A stretch of DNA of 61,172 nt. It comes from a virus. Lineage: Duplodnaviria > Caudoviricetes. Positions 1-12,000 of the stretch are shown one piece after another (the stretch's first letter is position 1; every line of letters begins with the position of its first letter). The notes under the pieces are model-generated. The model was not told the origin of the DNA. It was given only the letters and a program-made list of their open reading frames with translations, and did not search any database. The stretch is taken from the IMG/VR virus record IMGVR_UViG_3300032053_000073, positions 1 to 61,172 of that record. The stretch is one strand, 5' to 3'. Made by a program: the position numbers and the translations under genes.

Positions 1-1
1 T

Positions 2-520
2 ATGTCTGGAGTTGCAGGAGGTGATTTATCTGGACTTTTTCCTAATCCCTCCGTTTCTAAAGTAAATAATGTGTCTGTTTCAGGAACCCCTATTGCGGGA
101 CAGGTAATTACAGCGTTAAGCGGGACAGCCTCAAGTTGGCAGACACCTGGCACAGGTTCTTCTACGGCAAATAAAGGCACTTATCAATGTGATGTAAGCG
201 TTAATCTTCATGATGTTGTTTATCTTAAAGCATCTGATGGTTATGTCTATTCCGCAGACGCAGATGATATATCAAAACAGCCTGTTATTGGTATAGTATC
301 ATTAAAACCAACTGCAACAACTGCTGAAGTGACTTATTCCGGTGAAGTGTCTGGATTTTCCGGATTATCACTATCAAGCACATATTATTTATCGATTACT
401 CCGGGGCAAATATCAACATCAACCCCGATAACAACCGGTTCAATTATTCAACATATAGGGTTTGCTAAATCAAGCACAGTTTTAGTTGTAATGATTGATC
501 GTGATTTCGTCATGTTATAA
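2..520 (+). CDS. virion fibre/decoration protein (probably 5'-truncated by the window edge)
   Basis: AGGDLSGxxPNPxV module shared with downstream fibres; C-terminal domain (GLSLSSTYYLS...PxTxGxxxxxIG) also seen at the end of 869..2917. Confidence 0.65.
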   Translation: MSGVAGGDLSGLFPNPSVSKVNNVSVSGTPIAGQVITALSGTASSWQTPGTGSSTANKGTYQCDVSVNLHDVVYLKASDGYVYSADADDISKQPVIGIVSLKPTATTAEVTYSGEVSGFSGLSLSSTYYLSITPGQISTSTPITTGSIIQHIGFAKSSTVLVVMIDRDFVML

Positions 521-590
521 GTCAATAATTAGGTAATATATTAAGTTGGTTAATTTCGCCTCATATAACCAAGGGGCAATTGGAGATAAA

Positions 591-812
591 ATGGCTAGAT
601 TCAAATATATGGGTGAGATGAATAGGAATGCTGTCGTAAGCTATGGCCCAACAAAAACCATAAATGTTCCGCTGAAGAATGGGACGCACCTGGTAATAAA
701 TGCAGCCGATCAAACAGCTGGATTTACACTGAACACAGATATTGGTGTTGAAATAACCGATTCAAGAGCGTTAACATGTCTTCGCGCAGATACTAGGTTT
801 CAAGAAATTTAA
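591..812 (+). CDS. small hypothetical protein in structural module
   Basis: GGAG RBS then ATG at 591, preferred over TTG at 546. Confidence 0.6.
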   Translation: MARFKYMGEMNRNAVVSYGPTKTINVPLKNGTHLVINAADQTAGFTLNTDIGVEITDSRALTCLRADTRFQEI

Positions 813-868
813 GTTTAAAGCAGTATAAAGTTTTAGTTTAACAATTTAATTGACAAAAGGATATAATA

Positions 869-2917
869 ATGACTTCTTATCGTTCACTTACAATACAATC
901 TGGTGTTGTCAAACAAGTTCAAAATGGTGATACACTCACAGTTGGAGCTGGTGTTGACACGGCTTCAGGCGATTTAACCTTAACCCCGACAGGAACTAAC
1001 GTAACTGTTGCTTCTGGTAAAGTTCTTTTATCTGGAGGTGGAACCGGAGCCCTTAATTTCGGTACTGCGTCTGGTGTATTTACAACATCAACAGGCACAA
1101 ACACACTTAGTGGTGACGTTTCTGTTGCGGCAGGTAAAAATATATCTGCAGCATCAGGCGCAGGTAATTTCGATTGGTCACTTTCAACTGGTACATTCAA
1201 AACAAGCACTGGGGCGGTCACAGTCGGCGGAGCAGCATCATTTACCGCAGCAGGCACGGCATTAGCGGTAACAAATAATGCAACTATAAGCGGAACCCTT
1301 ACCACCGGATTAATTGATAATAGCGCCGGCACATTAATAATTGGCGCAAATACAACTGCAACAACAATCGGTAAATCTGGAACAACCACCACAATCGCAG
1401 GTGATTTAAGTGTTTCCGGTGCACAAACCGTAGTTGGGACAACAACTTTTGCAAACCCAGTTACATTCGACGGTTATGTTATCGTTGGTGATGGTGTTGG
1501 CGGACCAGATTATTTCTCTCTAGATACATCAACTGGTTATTTAGGTTCATCGGCTCGTCCAGATATGCGATGGGCACCAGAAATGGCTCACCAATTCTAC
1601 GTAGCTGGCTCAACCACTACAAACGCTGCTGGCGGAGCGCTTACAGTAGCTGGTGGTCTTGGCAATGGCACAGCGGCAGGTGGCGTTCTTGCTGTTGCAG
1701 GCGGCCAAGGCGGGGCAACTGGGGCTGGCGGAAATCTAACCCTAACAGCTGGTGCAGGTGGTGCAACAAGCGGCAATGGCGGCAATTTAGTTCTAGCGGC
1801 AGGCGGCGTTACTTCAGGCACAACCGGTACAATGTCAGTCGGCGCAACAAATACCTCGGCAATCGGTATCGGCGCTAGCGGAATTACAACCACCGTAACC
1901 GGCAACCTAACACAAGTAACAGGTGCAGTGAGCTTAAGTGGTAACGCAGCTTCATCACTAACCACATCAGCCGGCGCACTTACATTAACTAGCGCAGCGG
2001 CGGCAACATGGTCAACAGCGGCAGGAGTACTTTCAGTAAATGGTTTTGCGGGAATTAACTTACAAAAGGGCGGATCAACTCTACTCGATGTTGGTGTTAC
2101 TTCAGCCACGGCATTAACAGTATCGGCTGGTACAAACGTTACTGCAGCGTCAGGGTCCACGATATTTAATTTTGGTTCTGCCACTGGTGCATTTACAACC
2201 TCAACAGGTACAAACACACTTAGCGGCGATGTTACTGTTGCAGCTGGTAAAAACCTATCTGCAGCAGCTGGGGCGGGCAATCTAGATTGGTCAGCTTCAA
2301 CTGGTACATTTAGAACCTCATCAGGTGACGGCTACCTAAACGGGAATACAGTGGTTGCAACCGGTAAGACACTGTCAACAACCGGCACAGGCATGATTGA
2401 TCTCCCTTCTCTATTCAAGATCAATACATCTGCTGTCAGCGCAAATGTTACAGCTACAAACCTAAATACCTTAACAGCTGGGGCGGCTTCTAACGCTGAC
2501 GCACTGCACACTCACTCAGGGGTAGTAGCAAGTAACCTTTTAATCTCAGGCTTAACCGCAACTGGTTTTGCTGAGGGCGACATTGGTTATGCAAGCGCCA
2601 ACAACGTGCTTACAAAAGCCATTGCAACATCACTAGCGGCAGCAAGCTTCCTTGGCGTTGCTCCTTCTGGCAATCCAACAACCTCAACATACGTCAGCGG
2701 TTCGGCAAATGTTAGGTTTGAAGGGAGCTTAACACTTGCAGCAGGGGATCGTGTTTATATCTCGGCCTCAACAGCTGGATGGGCAACAAACGTAGCTCCA
2801 TCAACTGCAGGTCAAGTAGTTGCATGTATTGGTATAGTTCTTGATACAACTGGTTATACAACTGCCGGAACAAAGGCCCACGTAGTTCTCTTCCCACAAG
2901 CACCAGTAGTTCTATAA
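869..2917 (+). CDS. Gly/Thr/Ala-rich fibre-like virion protein
   Basis: internal duplication (FTTSTGTNTLSGDVxVAAGKNxSAAxGAGNxDWS x2), GGxLxLxAGxG repeats, C-terminal domain shared with 2..520. Confidence 0.75.
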   Translation: MTSYRSLTIQSGVVKQVQNGDTLTVGAGVDTASGDLTLTPTGTNVTVASGKVLLSGGGTGALNFGTASGVFTTSTGTNTLSGDVSVAAGKNISAASGAGNFDWSLSTGTFKTSTGAVTVGGAASFTAAGTALAVTNNATISGTLTTGLIDNSAGTLIIGANTTATTIGKSGTTTTIAGDLSVSGAQTVVGTTTFANPVTFDGYVIVGDGVGGPDYFSLDTSTGYLGSSARPDMRWAPEMAHQFYVAGSTTTNAAGGALTVAGGLGNGTAAGGVLAVAGGQGGATGAGGNLTLTAGAGGATSGNGGNLVLAAGGVTSGTTGTMSVGATNTSAIGIGASGITTTVTGNLTQVTGAVSLSGNAASSLTTSAGALTLTSAAAATWSTAAGVLSVNGFAGINLQKGGSTLLDVGVTSATALTVSAGTNVTAASGSTIFNFGSATGAFTTSTGTNTLSGDVTVAAGKNLSAAAGAGNLDWSASTGTFRTSSGDGYLNGNTVVATGKTLSTTGTGMIDLPSLFKINTSAVSANVTATNLNTLTAGAASNADALHTHSGVVASNLLISGLTATGFAEGDIGYASANNVLTKAIATSLAAASFLGVAPSGNPTTSTYVSGSANVRFEGSLTLAAGDRVYISASTAGWATNVAPSTAGQVVACIGIVLDTTGYTTAGTKAHVVLFPQAPVVL

Positions 2918-2952
2918 TAATTAGTAACAATCAGTAAAAAGAAGTGATATAT

Positions 2953-2987
2953 AAAGAGGCGAGACAGAAATGTTTCGTCTCTTTTTT
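2953..2987 (+). terminator. intrinsic terminator
   Basis: AAAGAGGCGAGACA-GAAA-TGTTTCGTCTCTTT stem-loop followed by a T run. Confidence 0.8.
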
Positions 2988-3011
2988 ATTTAATACAGGA
3001 GCAATACCAAA

Positions 3012-3341
3012 ATGGCAAAGAAAACCAAGAATCACGTTTCAGATGCAGCCTTAACAAAGCCTGACGTAATTGCATTAAATCAAGACCAGGTAGAAAAACT
3101 TCGTGAGCTTGAGCAGGCAGTTCTTAAATATAAGCTTCAATTGGCAGATTTAGAAATGAGTATTAGTGATATTGCATTAAAGAAGAATTTGTTAATGGGT
3201 ACGGTTACATCAGAAACATCAAAAATGATGGAGTATATTAAGGAAGTTGCCAGGACATATGATATCGATCCTGATGGCGACTCCTCTTCTGAGCAATGGC
3301 ATTTAAACACTTCAAATATGGTGTTTTCGCGCATTAAGTAG
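3012..3341 (+). CDS. coiled-coil hypothetical protein (possible fibre chaperone)
   Basis: AGGAG RBS; heptad-rich helix; lies between fibre genes. Confidence 0.6.
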   Translation: MAKKTKNHVSDAALTKPDVIALNQDQVEKLRELEQAVLKYKLQLADLEMSISDIALKKNLLMGTVTSETSKMMEYIKEVARTYDIDPDGDSSSEQWHLNTSNMVFSRIK

Positions 3342-3464
3342 GCCCGTCAACATATTTTGTATCTAATTTAATTATATTGTTAATACCGTTAAATTAACAT
3401 CAATATAGATGTGTATTTTTCTTTGTGGCCGGCTGACATCGTAATAAATAGAAATTCTTAATAT

Positions 3465-6173
3465 ATGGCAACCTACAATAATATAGTTGTGTTCAAATCA
3501 TCAACCGGTACGATGGCAGCATCACAGACGGGAGATACTCAACAAATTGGGCAAAATCTATATTTAACAGGTGTGACCATATCTCTAAAGCTTGACGGCT
3601 ACATAGTTATGAATATGATGTCTGCCCCTCCCGTTTCTACGGCAGGAACTGGCCGTATATATTTTGATCAAAGCACTCTAAAATTCAAAGTATCAGAAAG
3701 TGGCGGGGCATATGCAAATTTAATATCTGCTAATGCGTTTGGTCCGGCCGGAGGCGATTTATCCGGAACATACCCTGGCCCAACAGTCATAAAAGTAAAT
3801 GGTACGTCTGTTCCAGCATCCCCAGCCGCTAATACAATATTGGTTGCTACATCTGGAACAACAACTACATGGGCTCAGGTTGTTGATGGATATATTTCGG
3901 CATCTGCGGCTATTTCTGGAAGCAAAATAAACCCTCTATTTGGCACGCAGACGTTAACGGCCGGAACATCTAACTTAGGCACGTCAACGTCTGCAAGTTC
4001 GATTGCAGGGTCATTAACGCTCACTACGAAGACGTTTGCAGGTAGCGGTACAATTGATGCTACAACAAAAGATTTGATTATTTATGCGGACACTTCTGCA
4101 GGGGCTATTTCATTAACTTTGCCGGCTCCAACAAGCGGAAGATTTTTGATAATTAAAGATAAAAAGCAAACGTTTAACACAAATAATTTAACTTTAATTA
4201 GAAATGGTTCAGAAAAGATTGATGGTTATGCTGGGTCCGTAGTTTACGACAAAGTAAATCATAATTTAATGATTACTAGTGATGGGACAGATTGGTATAC
4301 AAATGATTCAAATAATTTGCCAAGTGGAACGGCAGGTGGAGATTTAGCTGGAACGTATGCATTTCCAACTGTTAATACAATAACTGGGACTGGCGGGGTA
4401 ATTCCGGTTTCTGCAAATACTATAAGGTGGGCAGTAAATTCGTCGCCCTCTATACTTCAAGTTAATCAAACTGCGGCATCAACGAATGGGCAACCATTAA
4501 CAATTCAGGCTCAAAATGCAACGGGGGCAACTTCAACAGGCGGAAATTTAATTATTACAGCTGACGTTGGGACTGTATTAAACAACGAAGTTGATGTTCA
4601 AACTGGTTCAACTCTTGCATTTCGACAAGGCCCCAATATTAGTTTTTTCTCCCAAGTTTTATCAAGCGGAGGCAGATCAGGATCAACTACAACCGCTTAT
4701 TTATGTTCCGGTATAGAAAATACTATAGGTATGTCTGAAACTGCCGATTCTTTATTTGGATATTATTATAGTCCTGGTGGATCGGCCGGGTCTTATTTTG
4801 GATGGTGGTTATTTCAAGGTTTCGGATCATCTTTACATTCAATATATGGGATATCTGCTGGTAGAGCCTCAACTTCCACTGGCCTAGCAAAGCTGGGCCC
4901 AGGTTTGTTTTGGATAGCAAGAGGATATCATTTCGGAGGTAATTTTGTTGGATTAAGTATAAAGAACCACCATTATCCAAGCGCAACAGCAGCAAATTCG
5001 GATTATCACATTAGAGGTTTATATAAAATTACGGGAGATAGGGTGACGCTCACTGACAACGGGCTTTCCGGCGCCAATAGACATTTTGAGAAAACGGTGG
5101 TTGCAGATGGATATGACGGTGTATTATGGGCATCCTCTACCCAATACGTAACTGGAGGGATATATGGTAATGCACAAGGAGTGCAAACAACCCTTGCTAC
5201 AGGAATTATTCCAACCACAAATAATTCAGGAAGAAAGTTTTTTCAAGCACAAACTACGGCAAATTCTGGTACAGTTCAGCCAAATTGGGATGGATATCAA
5301 ACATTGGGAGCCACATTAGTTGACGGGGGGGTGACGTGGGAAAATACTGGATCTGCATGTACTTATGCCCATATGAACAAAATACAAGGGAATATCAAAA
5401 ATGGTACAACTTCCGGAACAATTGCGTGGGCCCTATCTGATGAGTTTATAGTTGCTACAAATATTACTGCCAGTAATGCCATTTCATTTTTTGCATGCAA
5501 TGGCCCGGATTATCAAAATTATCATACTATAAAAGATGGTTATGGTATTTTTTCACACGGCGTAGGACTGGCAATTAATAGCGCAGCCACACCAAATGTA
5601 CCCATGGATGGAGATGGATATACTTATAATTTTAGGCACGATTATGGTTCAATATCCATTCAGCATACAGGTAATAGTAAATGGCTTATTGTTAATGATG
5701 CCAAAATATATGGAATATCAAGTAGTTCTAATGATTTTGCATCAACTGGCAGCAGGTTAGATTTAGCTTCACAAGAAATAGTATTAGGGTCTAGCACTAC
5801 ATATCCTGTTAGAACATTTTCAACATCAGTTCAAACATCTGGTGCCACATTTACCACTATTGCTAGCTATACAATTCCAACAAATTCAATAGCGGATTGG
5901 CAAATAACAATAACCGGATGGAATGTAAATGGCGGGACTCCAAACGGTGATTATTTCAGATGCAATTTATCATTTCAATCGTATAGGCTATCGGGTACTC
6001 CAACATTAAACCCTGCTTCTCCATCGGCAATAAACACTATTACAAATGGGGGAGGATCCTCATATACTGTTCAGGTAATATTAACAACCAATTTAATGTC
6101 AATACAAGTTAAAGGAGTTGCCGCCACGTCTGTAAATTGGGCTTGTATTGGACAATATCAAAAGGCTTCCTGA
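3465..6173 (+). CDS. tail fibre-like protein, paralogue 1 of 3
   Basis: QIGQNLY N-terminus, GGDL module, TLPAPxxGR..IKDKKQ..SDGTDW fibre module, C-terminal NWxCIG domain. Confidence 0.8.
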   Translation: MATYNNIVVFKSSTGTMAASQTGDTQQIGQNLYLTGVTISLKLDGYIVMNMMSAPPVSTAGTGRIYFDQSTLKFKVSESGGAYANLISANAFGPAGGDLSGTYPGPTVIKVNGTSVPASPAANTILVATSGTTTTWAQVVDGYISASAAISGSKINPLFGTQTLTAGTSNLGTSTSASSIAGSLTLTTKTFAGSGTIDATTKDLIIYADTSAGAISLTLPAPTSGRFLIIKDKKQTFNTNNLTLIRNGSEKIDGYAGSVVYDKVNHNLMITSDGTDWYTNDSNNLPSGTAGGDLAGTYAFPTVNTITGTGGVIPVSANTIRWAVNSSPSILQVNQTAASTNGQPLTIQAQNATGATSTGGNLIITADVGTVLNNEVDVQTGSTLAFRQGPNISFFSQVLSSGGRSGSTTTAYLCSGIENTIGMSETADSLFGYYYSPGGSAGSYFGWWLFQGFGSSLHSIYGISAGRASTSTGLAKLGPGLFWIARGYHFGGNFVGLSIKNHHYPSATAANSDYHIRGLYKITGDRVTLTDNGLSGANRHFEKTVVADGYDGVLWASSTQYVTGGIYGNAQGVQTTLATGIIPTTNNSGRKFFQAQTTANSGTVQPNWDGYQTLGATLVDGGVTWENTGSACTYAHMNKIQGNIKNGTTSGTIAWALSDEFIVATNITASNAISFFACNGPDYQNYHTIKDGYGIFSHGVGLAINSAATPNVPMDGDGYTYNFRHDYGSISIQHTGNSKWLIVNDAKIYGISSSSNDFASTGSRLDLASQEIVLGSSTTYPVRTFSTSVQTSGATFTTIASYTIPTNSIADWQITITGWNVNGGTPNGDYFRCNLSFQSYRLSGTPTLNPASPSAINTITNGGGSSYTVQVILTTNLMSIQVKGVAATSVNWACIGQYQKAS

Positions 6174-6231
6174 TAACATATAATCTATTGATATATATTG
6201 TTTTGCAGGTTTATTACTTTTGAACCTCATC

Positions 6232-6256
6232 GCATAAAATAACATTTAATATAAAT
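6232..6256 (+). promoter_or_regulatory. 25-bp element duplicated upstream of fibre paralogues 2 and 3 (putative late promoter)
   Basis: GCATAAAATAACATTTAATATAAAT is identical at 6232-6256 and 9010-9034. Confidence 0.5.
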
Positions 6257-6307
6257 GCGTTAAATAAAGCGGCTTAACGCTATGAAAAATTAAGATAACG
6301 AGTTCAC

Positions 6308-8974
6308 ATGGCAACCACCTGGATAAATAAAATAATTGTGTTTAATGAGGCTGCCGGGACTCATACAGTTGCGCATGCCGATGACACTCAGCAAATAGGC
6401 CAAAATTTATATTTAACCGGAACTAGCACAACGGCTACATTAGATGGTTATTTTATAATAAATGGAATAACTGTCCCTGCTTTAGCGCCAGCATCATCTG
6501 GACGTATTTATTTTGATAGCACGGGTAATGTATTTAAAGCATCAGAAAATGGCGGCGTATATTTTAATTTAATTGGAGCTAGTGGTCCGGCCGGAGGAGA
6601 TCTTTCTGGTACATACCCTAATCCAACCGTTGCTAAAATAAATGGAGTCTCTGTTCCGGCAACTCCATCTGCAAATCAAATATTATTCGCCACTTCTGGT
6701 ACGGTTGCAACATGGGGTCAAATAACAGATGGCAACGTATCCGTAACCGCTGCAATTTCTGGAAGCAAAATATCGCCTAATTTTGGAACGCAAACATTAA
6801 CTGCTGGTGGATCTGCATTTGGAACTACTACAACAGTTAGTTCAATTGTGGGGTCATTAAAATTTACAACGAAAACATTTTCAGGTCCTTCTGATGGTTA
6901 TATAGATACTGGTACAAAAGATTTAATTATTTATGCTGATACATCTGGCTCGGCTTTTCGATTAATATTGCCGATTCCAACAAATGGCCGAACAATAATA
7001 GTAAAAGATAAAAAACAGTCATTTGCCGCTAATAACTTAACATTAACAAGAAATAGTGCCGAAAAGATTGATGGATATGCCGGGAACTTAGTTTTAAGTA
7101 TTAATAATAAAAATTTAGTTATTACCAGCGACGGAACTGATTGGTATACAAATAATTCCGGTTATAAGTTTACTGATGTTATGGGTGGAACAGACTTAAC
7201 TGGCTCATTTGCAACTCCAACAATTATAAATCTATCTGGTAATGCCAGCGGAATTGTAACTCATCGCACAAATAATCTTCAGTTTAATATTGGGGTTGTT
7301 GCACCTACAATAACACAGGGGGATAATACAGCTGCATCTGCAACTGCTCAAAATTTAATAATTAAGAGCCAAAGGACGGTAAATGTAGGTACTACTGGCG
7401 GAAATTTTTCATTAAAATCCGGCACTGGGACTTCCGGCGCAGGATCAGTATTATTTCAAATTAACGGAATTACTAAATTTCAAAACTCTACCGCTTTTTG
7501 TTCCTCGTCTTCGGCACATACCGGTGGATTTAACATATATTCTTTTTTACAATCCGACGCTAACGGTTTATGGGGTATGCAAAATGATGATGATGGAGGT
7601 GGCTCCAATTATTTTTCTCATAGATATTCTCCATCCCCTGCAACATCAACTGACAGATTTGGTTATTACGGATATTTTACATTCCAATATACACCAAATA
7701 CAACTGATAAAATAGCTTATGCAGTTGCAGCAGGCAGAGCTTTTGAAGGGTCTTGTGCCTTTTGGCTTCCTAGAGGATATTTATTTGGCGTAGGCACAGG
7801 AAAACACTATGTATTTCCCGGCCGCAATGTAGCCCAATATTCTAAAATAAAAAAAGGATATAGAACAATAGGTGATCGTGTAACAATATCAGATCTTGCT
7901 ACGGCAAATGGATATTATGAGAAAATAGTTACAGCTGATGGCTATGACGGGTCGGAATGGCAAGCAAGCGCATCCGAATATTTGGAAGCATCTACTGGTA
8001 ATTTTGCATTTGTAATTTTACCAATAATAAATAATTCTAGCAATCACGCTTTTCAAGTATTATCAAACCCAACAAGCGGGCTTAGTGGGGCTGTACGTCC
8101 AAACTGGGACGGATATCAAACATTAGGAAATACGCTTGTTGATGGTTATGTTACTTGGCAAAATGTTGGAACTGCATGTACATACACTAAAGCAAATAAA
8201 ATACAGGGCAATATAACGTCAGTAACTACCACATATACCGTTCTCAGTTCTGATGAGATTGTAAATATAACAAATATTACGGCCCCATTTACTATTTCGT
8301 TACCATCATCTCCAATATTAGGCCAAACACATACAATAAAAGATGGCTATGGAGGATGTTTCACAAATAATATTACTATAGACGGTTATCTTAGTGGTGC
8401 CGGTAAAACAATTGATGGTGTTAATACAATTTTAATGAATCAAGATTGGAGTTCCATTACTGTTTATTATAACGGAACACAATGGAATGTTATTAAAGAC
8501 GCAAAAACTCATGGTATTACGGCTTCCACTAATGATTTTTCTGCCACTGGAACTCGTTTAGATATTGTACCAAAAGAATTAGTTCTTGGTGCAAATACAT
8601 TAGTCCCGCTTCGAAATTTTGTAAGTTCGGCACAGACAACTAGCGCATCTTTCGTGACAATTGCAAGCTATACTATTCCAACAAATTCATTGGCCGATTG
8701 GTCATTTACGGTTTTGGGATGGAACGTAACCGGTGGAACTCCTGATGGTTATTATTACAGAGCAGATTTCGTTTTTAAATCTTCACGATTAACTGGAGCG
8801 CCAACATTAACACCATCATCACCAACAGCAACAAACGTTGTATCTAATGGCGGAGGATCGGCGTATAGTGCCCAAGTAATATTATCAACAAATTTAATGT
8901 CAGTACAAGTAAGTGGCGCCGCTGCAAAAACTATAAATTGGTCGTGTATTGGCAAATATCAAAAAGTTTCGTAA
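6308..8974 (+). CDS. tail fibre-like protein, paralogue 2 of 3
   Basis: collinear with 3465..6173 and 9070..12648. Confidence 0.8.
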   Translation: MATTWINKIIVFNEAAGTHTVAHADDTQQIGQNLYLTGTSTTATLDGYFIINGITVPALAPASSGRIYFDSTGNVFKASENGGVYFNLIGASGPAGGDLSGTYPNPTVAKINGVSVPATPSANQILFATSGTVATWGQITDGNVSVTAAISGSKISPNFGTQTLTAGGSAFGTTTTVSSIVGSLKFTTKTFSGPSDGYIDTGTKDLIIYADTSGSAFRLILPIPTNGRTIIVKDKKQSFAANNLTLTRNSAEKIDGYAGNLVLSINNKNLVITSDGTDWYTNNSGYKFTDVMGGTDLTGSFATPTIINLSGNASGIVTHRTNNLQFNIGVVAPTITQGDNTAASATAQNLIIKSQRTVNVGTTGGNFSLKSGTGTSGAGSVLFQINGITKFQNSTAFCSSSSAHTGGFNIYSFLQSDANGLWGMQNDDDGGGSNYFSHRYSPSPATSTDRFGYYGYFTFQYTPNTTDKIAYAVAAGRAFEGSCAFWLPRGYLFGVGTGKHYVFPGRNVAQYSKIKKGYRTIGDRVTISDLATANGYYEKIVTADGYDGSEWQASASEYLEASTGNFAFVILPIINNSSNHAFQVLSNPTSGLSGAVRPNWDGYQTLGNTLVDGYVTWQNVGTACTYTKANKIQGNITSVTTTYTVLSSDEIVNITNITAPFTISLPSSPILGQTHTIKDGYGGCFTNNITIDGYLSGAGKTIDGVNTILMNQDWSSITVYYNGTQWNVIKDAKTHGITASTNDFSATGTRLDIVPKELVLGANTLVPLRNFVSSAQTTSASFVTIASYTIPTNSLADWSFTVLGWNVTGGTPDGYYYRADFVFKSSRLTGAPTLTPSSPTATNVVSNGGGSAYSAQVILSTNLMSVQVSGAAAKTINWSCIGKYQKVS

Positions 8975-9009
8975 ATTATCCGATATATCCTGTTTAGGAG
9001 CACAGGCTT

Positions 9010-9034
9010 GCATAAAATAACATTTAATATAAAT
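9010..9034 (+). promoter_or_regulatory. second copy of the 25-bp upstream element
   Basis: identical to 6232-6256. Confidence 0.5.
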
Positions 9035-9069
9035 CAATAAAAGCTTTTGAATTGATATAACGAGACTAC

Positions 9070-12000
9070 ATGGCAAATACTTGGGTAAATAATATAGTCG
9101 TTCTTGGATCATCCGGAGCATTTACGGTTCCTCGCAACAACGATACTATCCAAATAGGACAAAACTTATATGTGGTAGGATCCGATAAAACAATAAAATT
9201 AGACGGGTTTCTTACCATTAATGCTAGATCGGCCCCTCCAGTATCATTATCTAATACTGGAACGATATATTTTGATACTGGAACAAATAGACTTTTAGCA
9301 TCTGAAAGCGGGGCTACATTCGCAAACATAATTGGTGCGTCTGGAGCGGCATCAGGAGATCTTTCTGGTACATATTCTACCCCAACGGTAAGTAAAATTA
9401 ATTCTACCTCTGTTGCGGCTTCTCCCTCTGCAAATCAAGCTTTGGCAGCCACATCATCAACAACATCGGCATGGTCTCAAATAACCGATGGATATGTATT
9501 ATCTTCCACTGTAATTGCTGGCAGTAAAATAAATCCTGCTTTTAGCCCCCAATCATTAACCGCAGGAACATTTGCCTTAGGGCTTACATCATCCGCTAAT
9601 TCTATAGATGGTTATGTAAATCTAAATACAAAAACATTTACTACTACTGGCACAATTGATACAACAACAAAAGATTTAATAGTTTATGCCGATACTACTA
9701 CAGTTGGATTTACGCTTACATTGCCGGCGCCTGTTAATGGTAGAATTATTATTATAAAAGATAAAAAACAATTATTTTCAACTAAAAATTTAACAATTGC
9801 AAGAGCCGGTGCTGAAAAAATTGATGGCGTTGCGGCGTCATTGGTATTAAGTAAAAATAATAAAACTTTAATTATTACAAGTGACGGAACTGATTGGTAT
9901 ACTAACGATTATACATCATCGCTTGCCGGTGCTGGAGGCGGCGATTTAGGCGGCACTTATCCAAATCCTACTGTTGTTGGATTAACTGGCACGGGTAATA
10001 TAGTTACTACTAGTGCCGCAACAATACGTTTTAATAATAATGTTGTGGCACCTACGATTAATCAGATTGATCGTAATGTCGGCGATGCAGTTTCAAATGG
10101 ACCTACTTTTATTATTCAAGCACAAAATGCTACCGGCACCACCTCAGTTGGCGGCAATTTAATATTAAAATCTGGTACCGGAACATCGACTCATGGCAAT
10201 ATACAGCTGAAGCATGTTGGGTTTAACGGCACTACAATTACTCAAAACACCGTGTTTGCTTCTGTAACAAGCTCAACCTCAGCTCCAGGAGTGTTGTTAT
10301 ATGGCTATTTGAAATATAATGTTAATAGCGCTTGGGCACTAGCTACATCGCACGATTCATTTGCCAATTCATTGACATATTTTCCAGTTGGCGATACAAA
10401 TGCCCCTGGTTGGTGGACATCTATATATGCAGATTCATTTTCTTATTGCGCTTACGCTGTTTCCGGTGCACAAGCTGTAGAAGGAGCGGGGATTATGTGG
10501 TATCCGAGAGGATATGGAATGACAATAGTAAATAATGGCACACAATATGCCCCATATACTTTTCCGAATCTAATTTCTGCAAAATCAAGCCAAATTAGAA
10601 GCGGATATCGTTTTACAGCAGATAGGGTAACATTAGCAAATACCGCGGCTCCAAATGCATATTATGAAAAAGTAATAACATCTGATGGTTATGATGGAAA
10701 TGCATGGGTCGCAACTACAACATATATTGGCGCAAATCCGGCAGCTGGTTTTGCAGATACAATTATTCCAACATCAAATAATGCCGGTTCTAGAGCTTTC
10801 GAATGTCTGGTTGGAGGAACAACGGGCAGCTCTCAACCAAATTGGGACGGATACCAAACTACCGGAAATACTCTTGTTGATGGAACCGTGACGTGGAAAA
10901 ATGTAGGTGCTTCTGCTACCTATAACATGATGAATAAAATACAGGGTAATACAACGCCAATAACAACGACATATACAGTATTATCGACTGATGAATTAGT
11001 TCTTATTACAAATATAACTGCACCATTTACTATATCATTACCAACAAATCCAACCGCTAAAGATTATTATACAATTAAAGACGGATATGGGTGCTCAACA
11101 AATAATATTACTATAGATGGTTATCAGGGTGGTACCGGTAAATTAATTGATGGGGCCAATACAATTTTATTTAATCAAGATTTTAGCGCGGTCACAGTTT
11201 ATTATAATGGCACACAATGGAATGTCACGAGTCAAGTAAAAACAGAGGGACTTACTTCTGCAGACAATGATTTCGCTTCAGGAACTCGCCTAGATGCTGT
11301 TCCATCTGAAATAGTTTTAGCATCAACATCATCACTCACATCTGTTCCATTTAGACAATTTACTACTTATGCTCAAACAACAAGCGCAACATATGTGACA
11401 ATTGCTAGCTATACAATTCCAACAAACTCTATGGCTGATTGGAATTTAAGTCTCGCCGGTTGGAACGTAAATGGCGGCACTCCTAATGGTGATGGATATA
11501 GGGCCGATATAAAATTTCAATCTTCACGATTAACTGGGGCACCTACATTATATCCTGCATCTCCATTGGGTACAAATGTAAGTTCAAGTGGAGGCGGCTC
11601 AGCATATAGCACGCGAATTACATTATCAACAAATTTAATGTTAGTTGAAGTTAGTGGCGCGGCAGCAACGACAGTAAATTGGTCGTGTATTGGTAAATGC
11701 ATAATCATTGGCAATACCGTGGCGGTTGCGACAGTATCTTCAGTGTCATCAGCGGGAACGTCTACACAGTGGGATAATGCTCAAACACTAACAATAACTG
11801 GTACTAATTTTGTTTCAGGGTCTATTGTATCAATTGGTGGATCCGCAATGTCAACAACATTTGTATCATCAACCAGCCTTACATGTACAGCTACAGCGAC
11901 AGTGTATCAAACAAGCGGCACTAAATCAATCACCGTGGACGCATCATCGGCATATACGGGATATTCGGTTACTGCATGGACTATAACTGATCTTCCAGGG

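Noticed and set aside
919-2280. Long antisense ORFs (also 40111, 48060, 50022, 53886, 60057-61031 and others)
   Set aside because: Shadow frames of clearly coding genes or repeats
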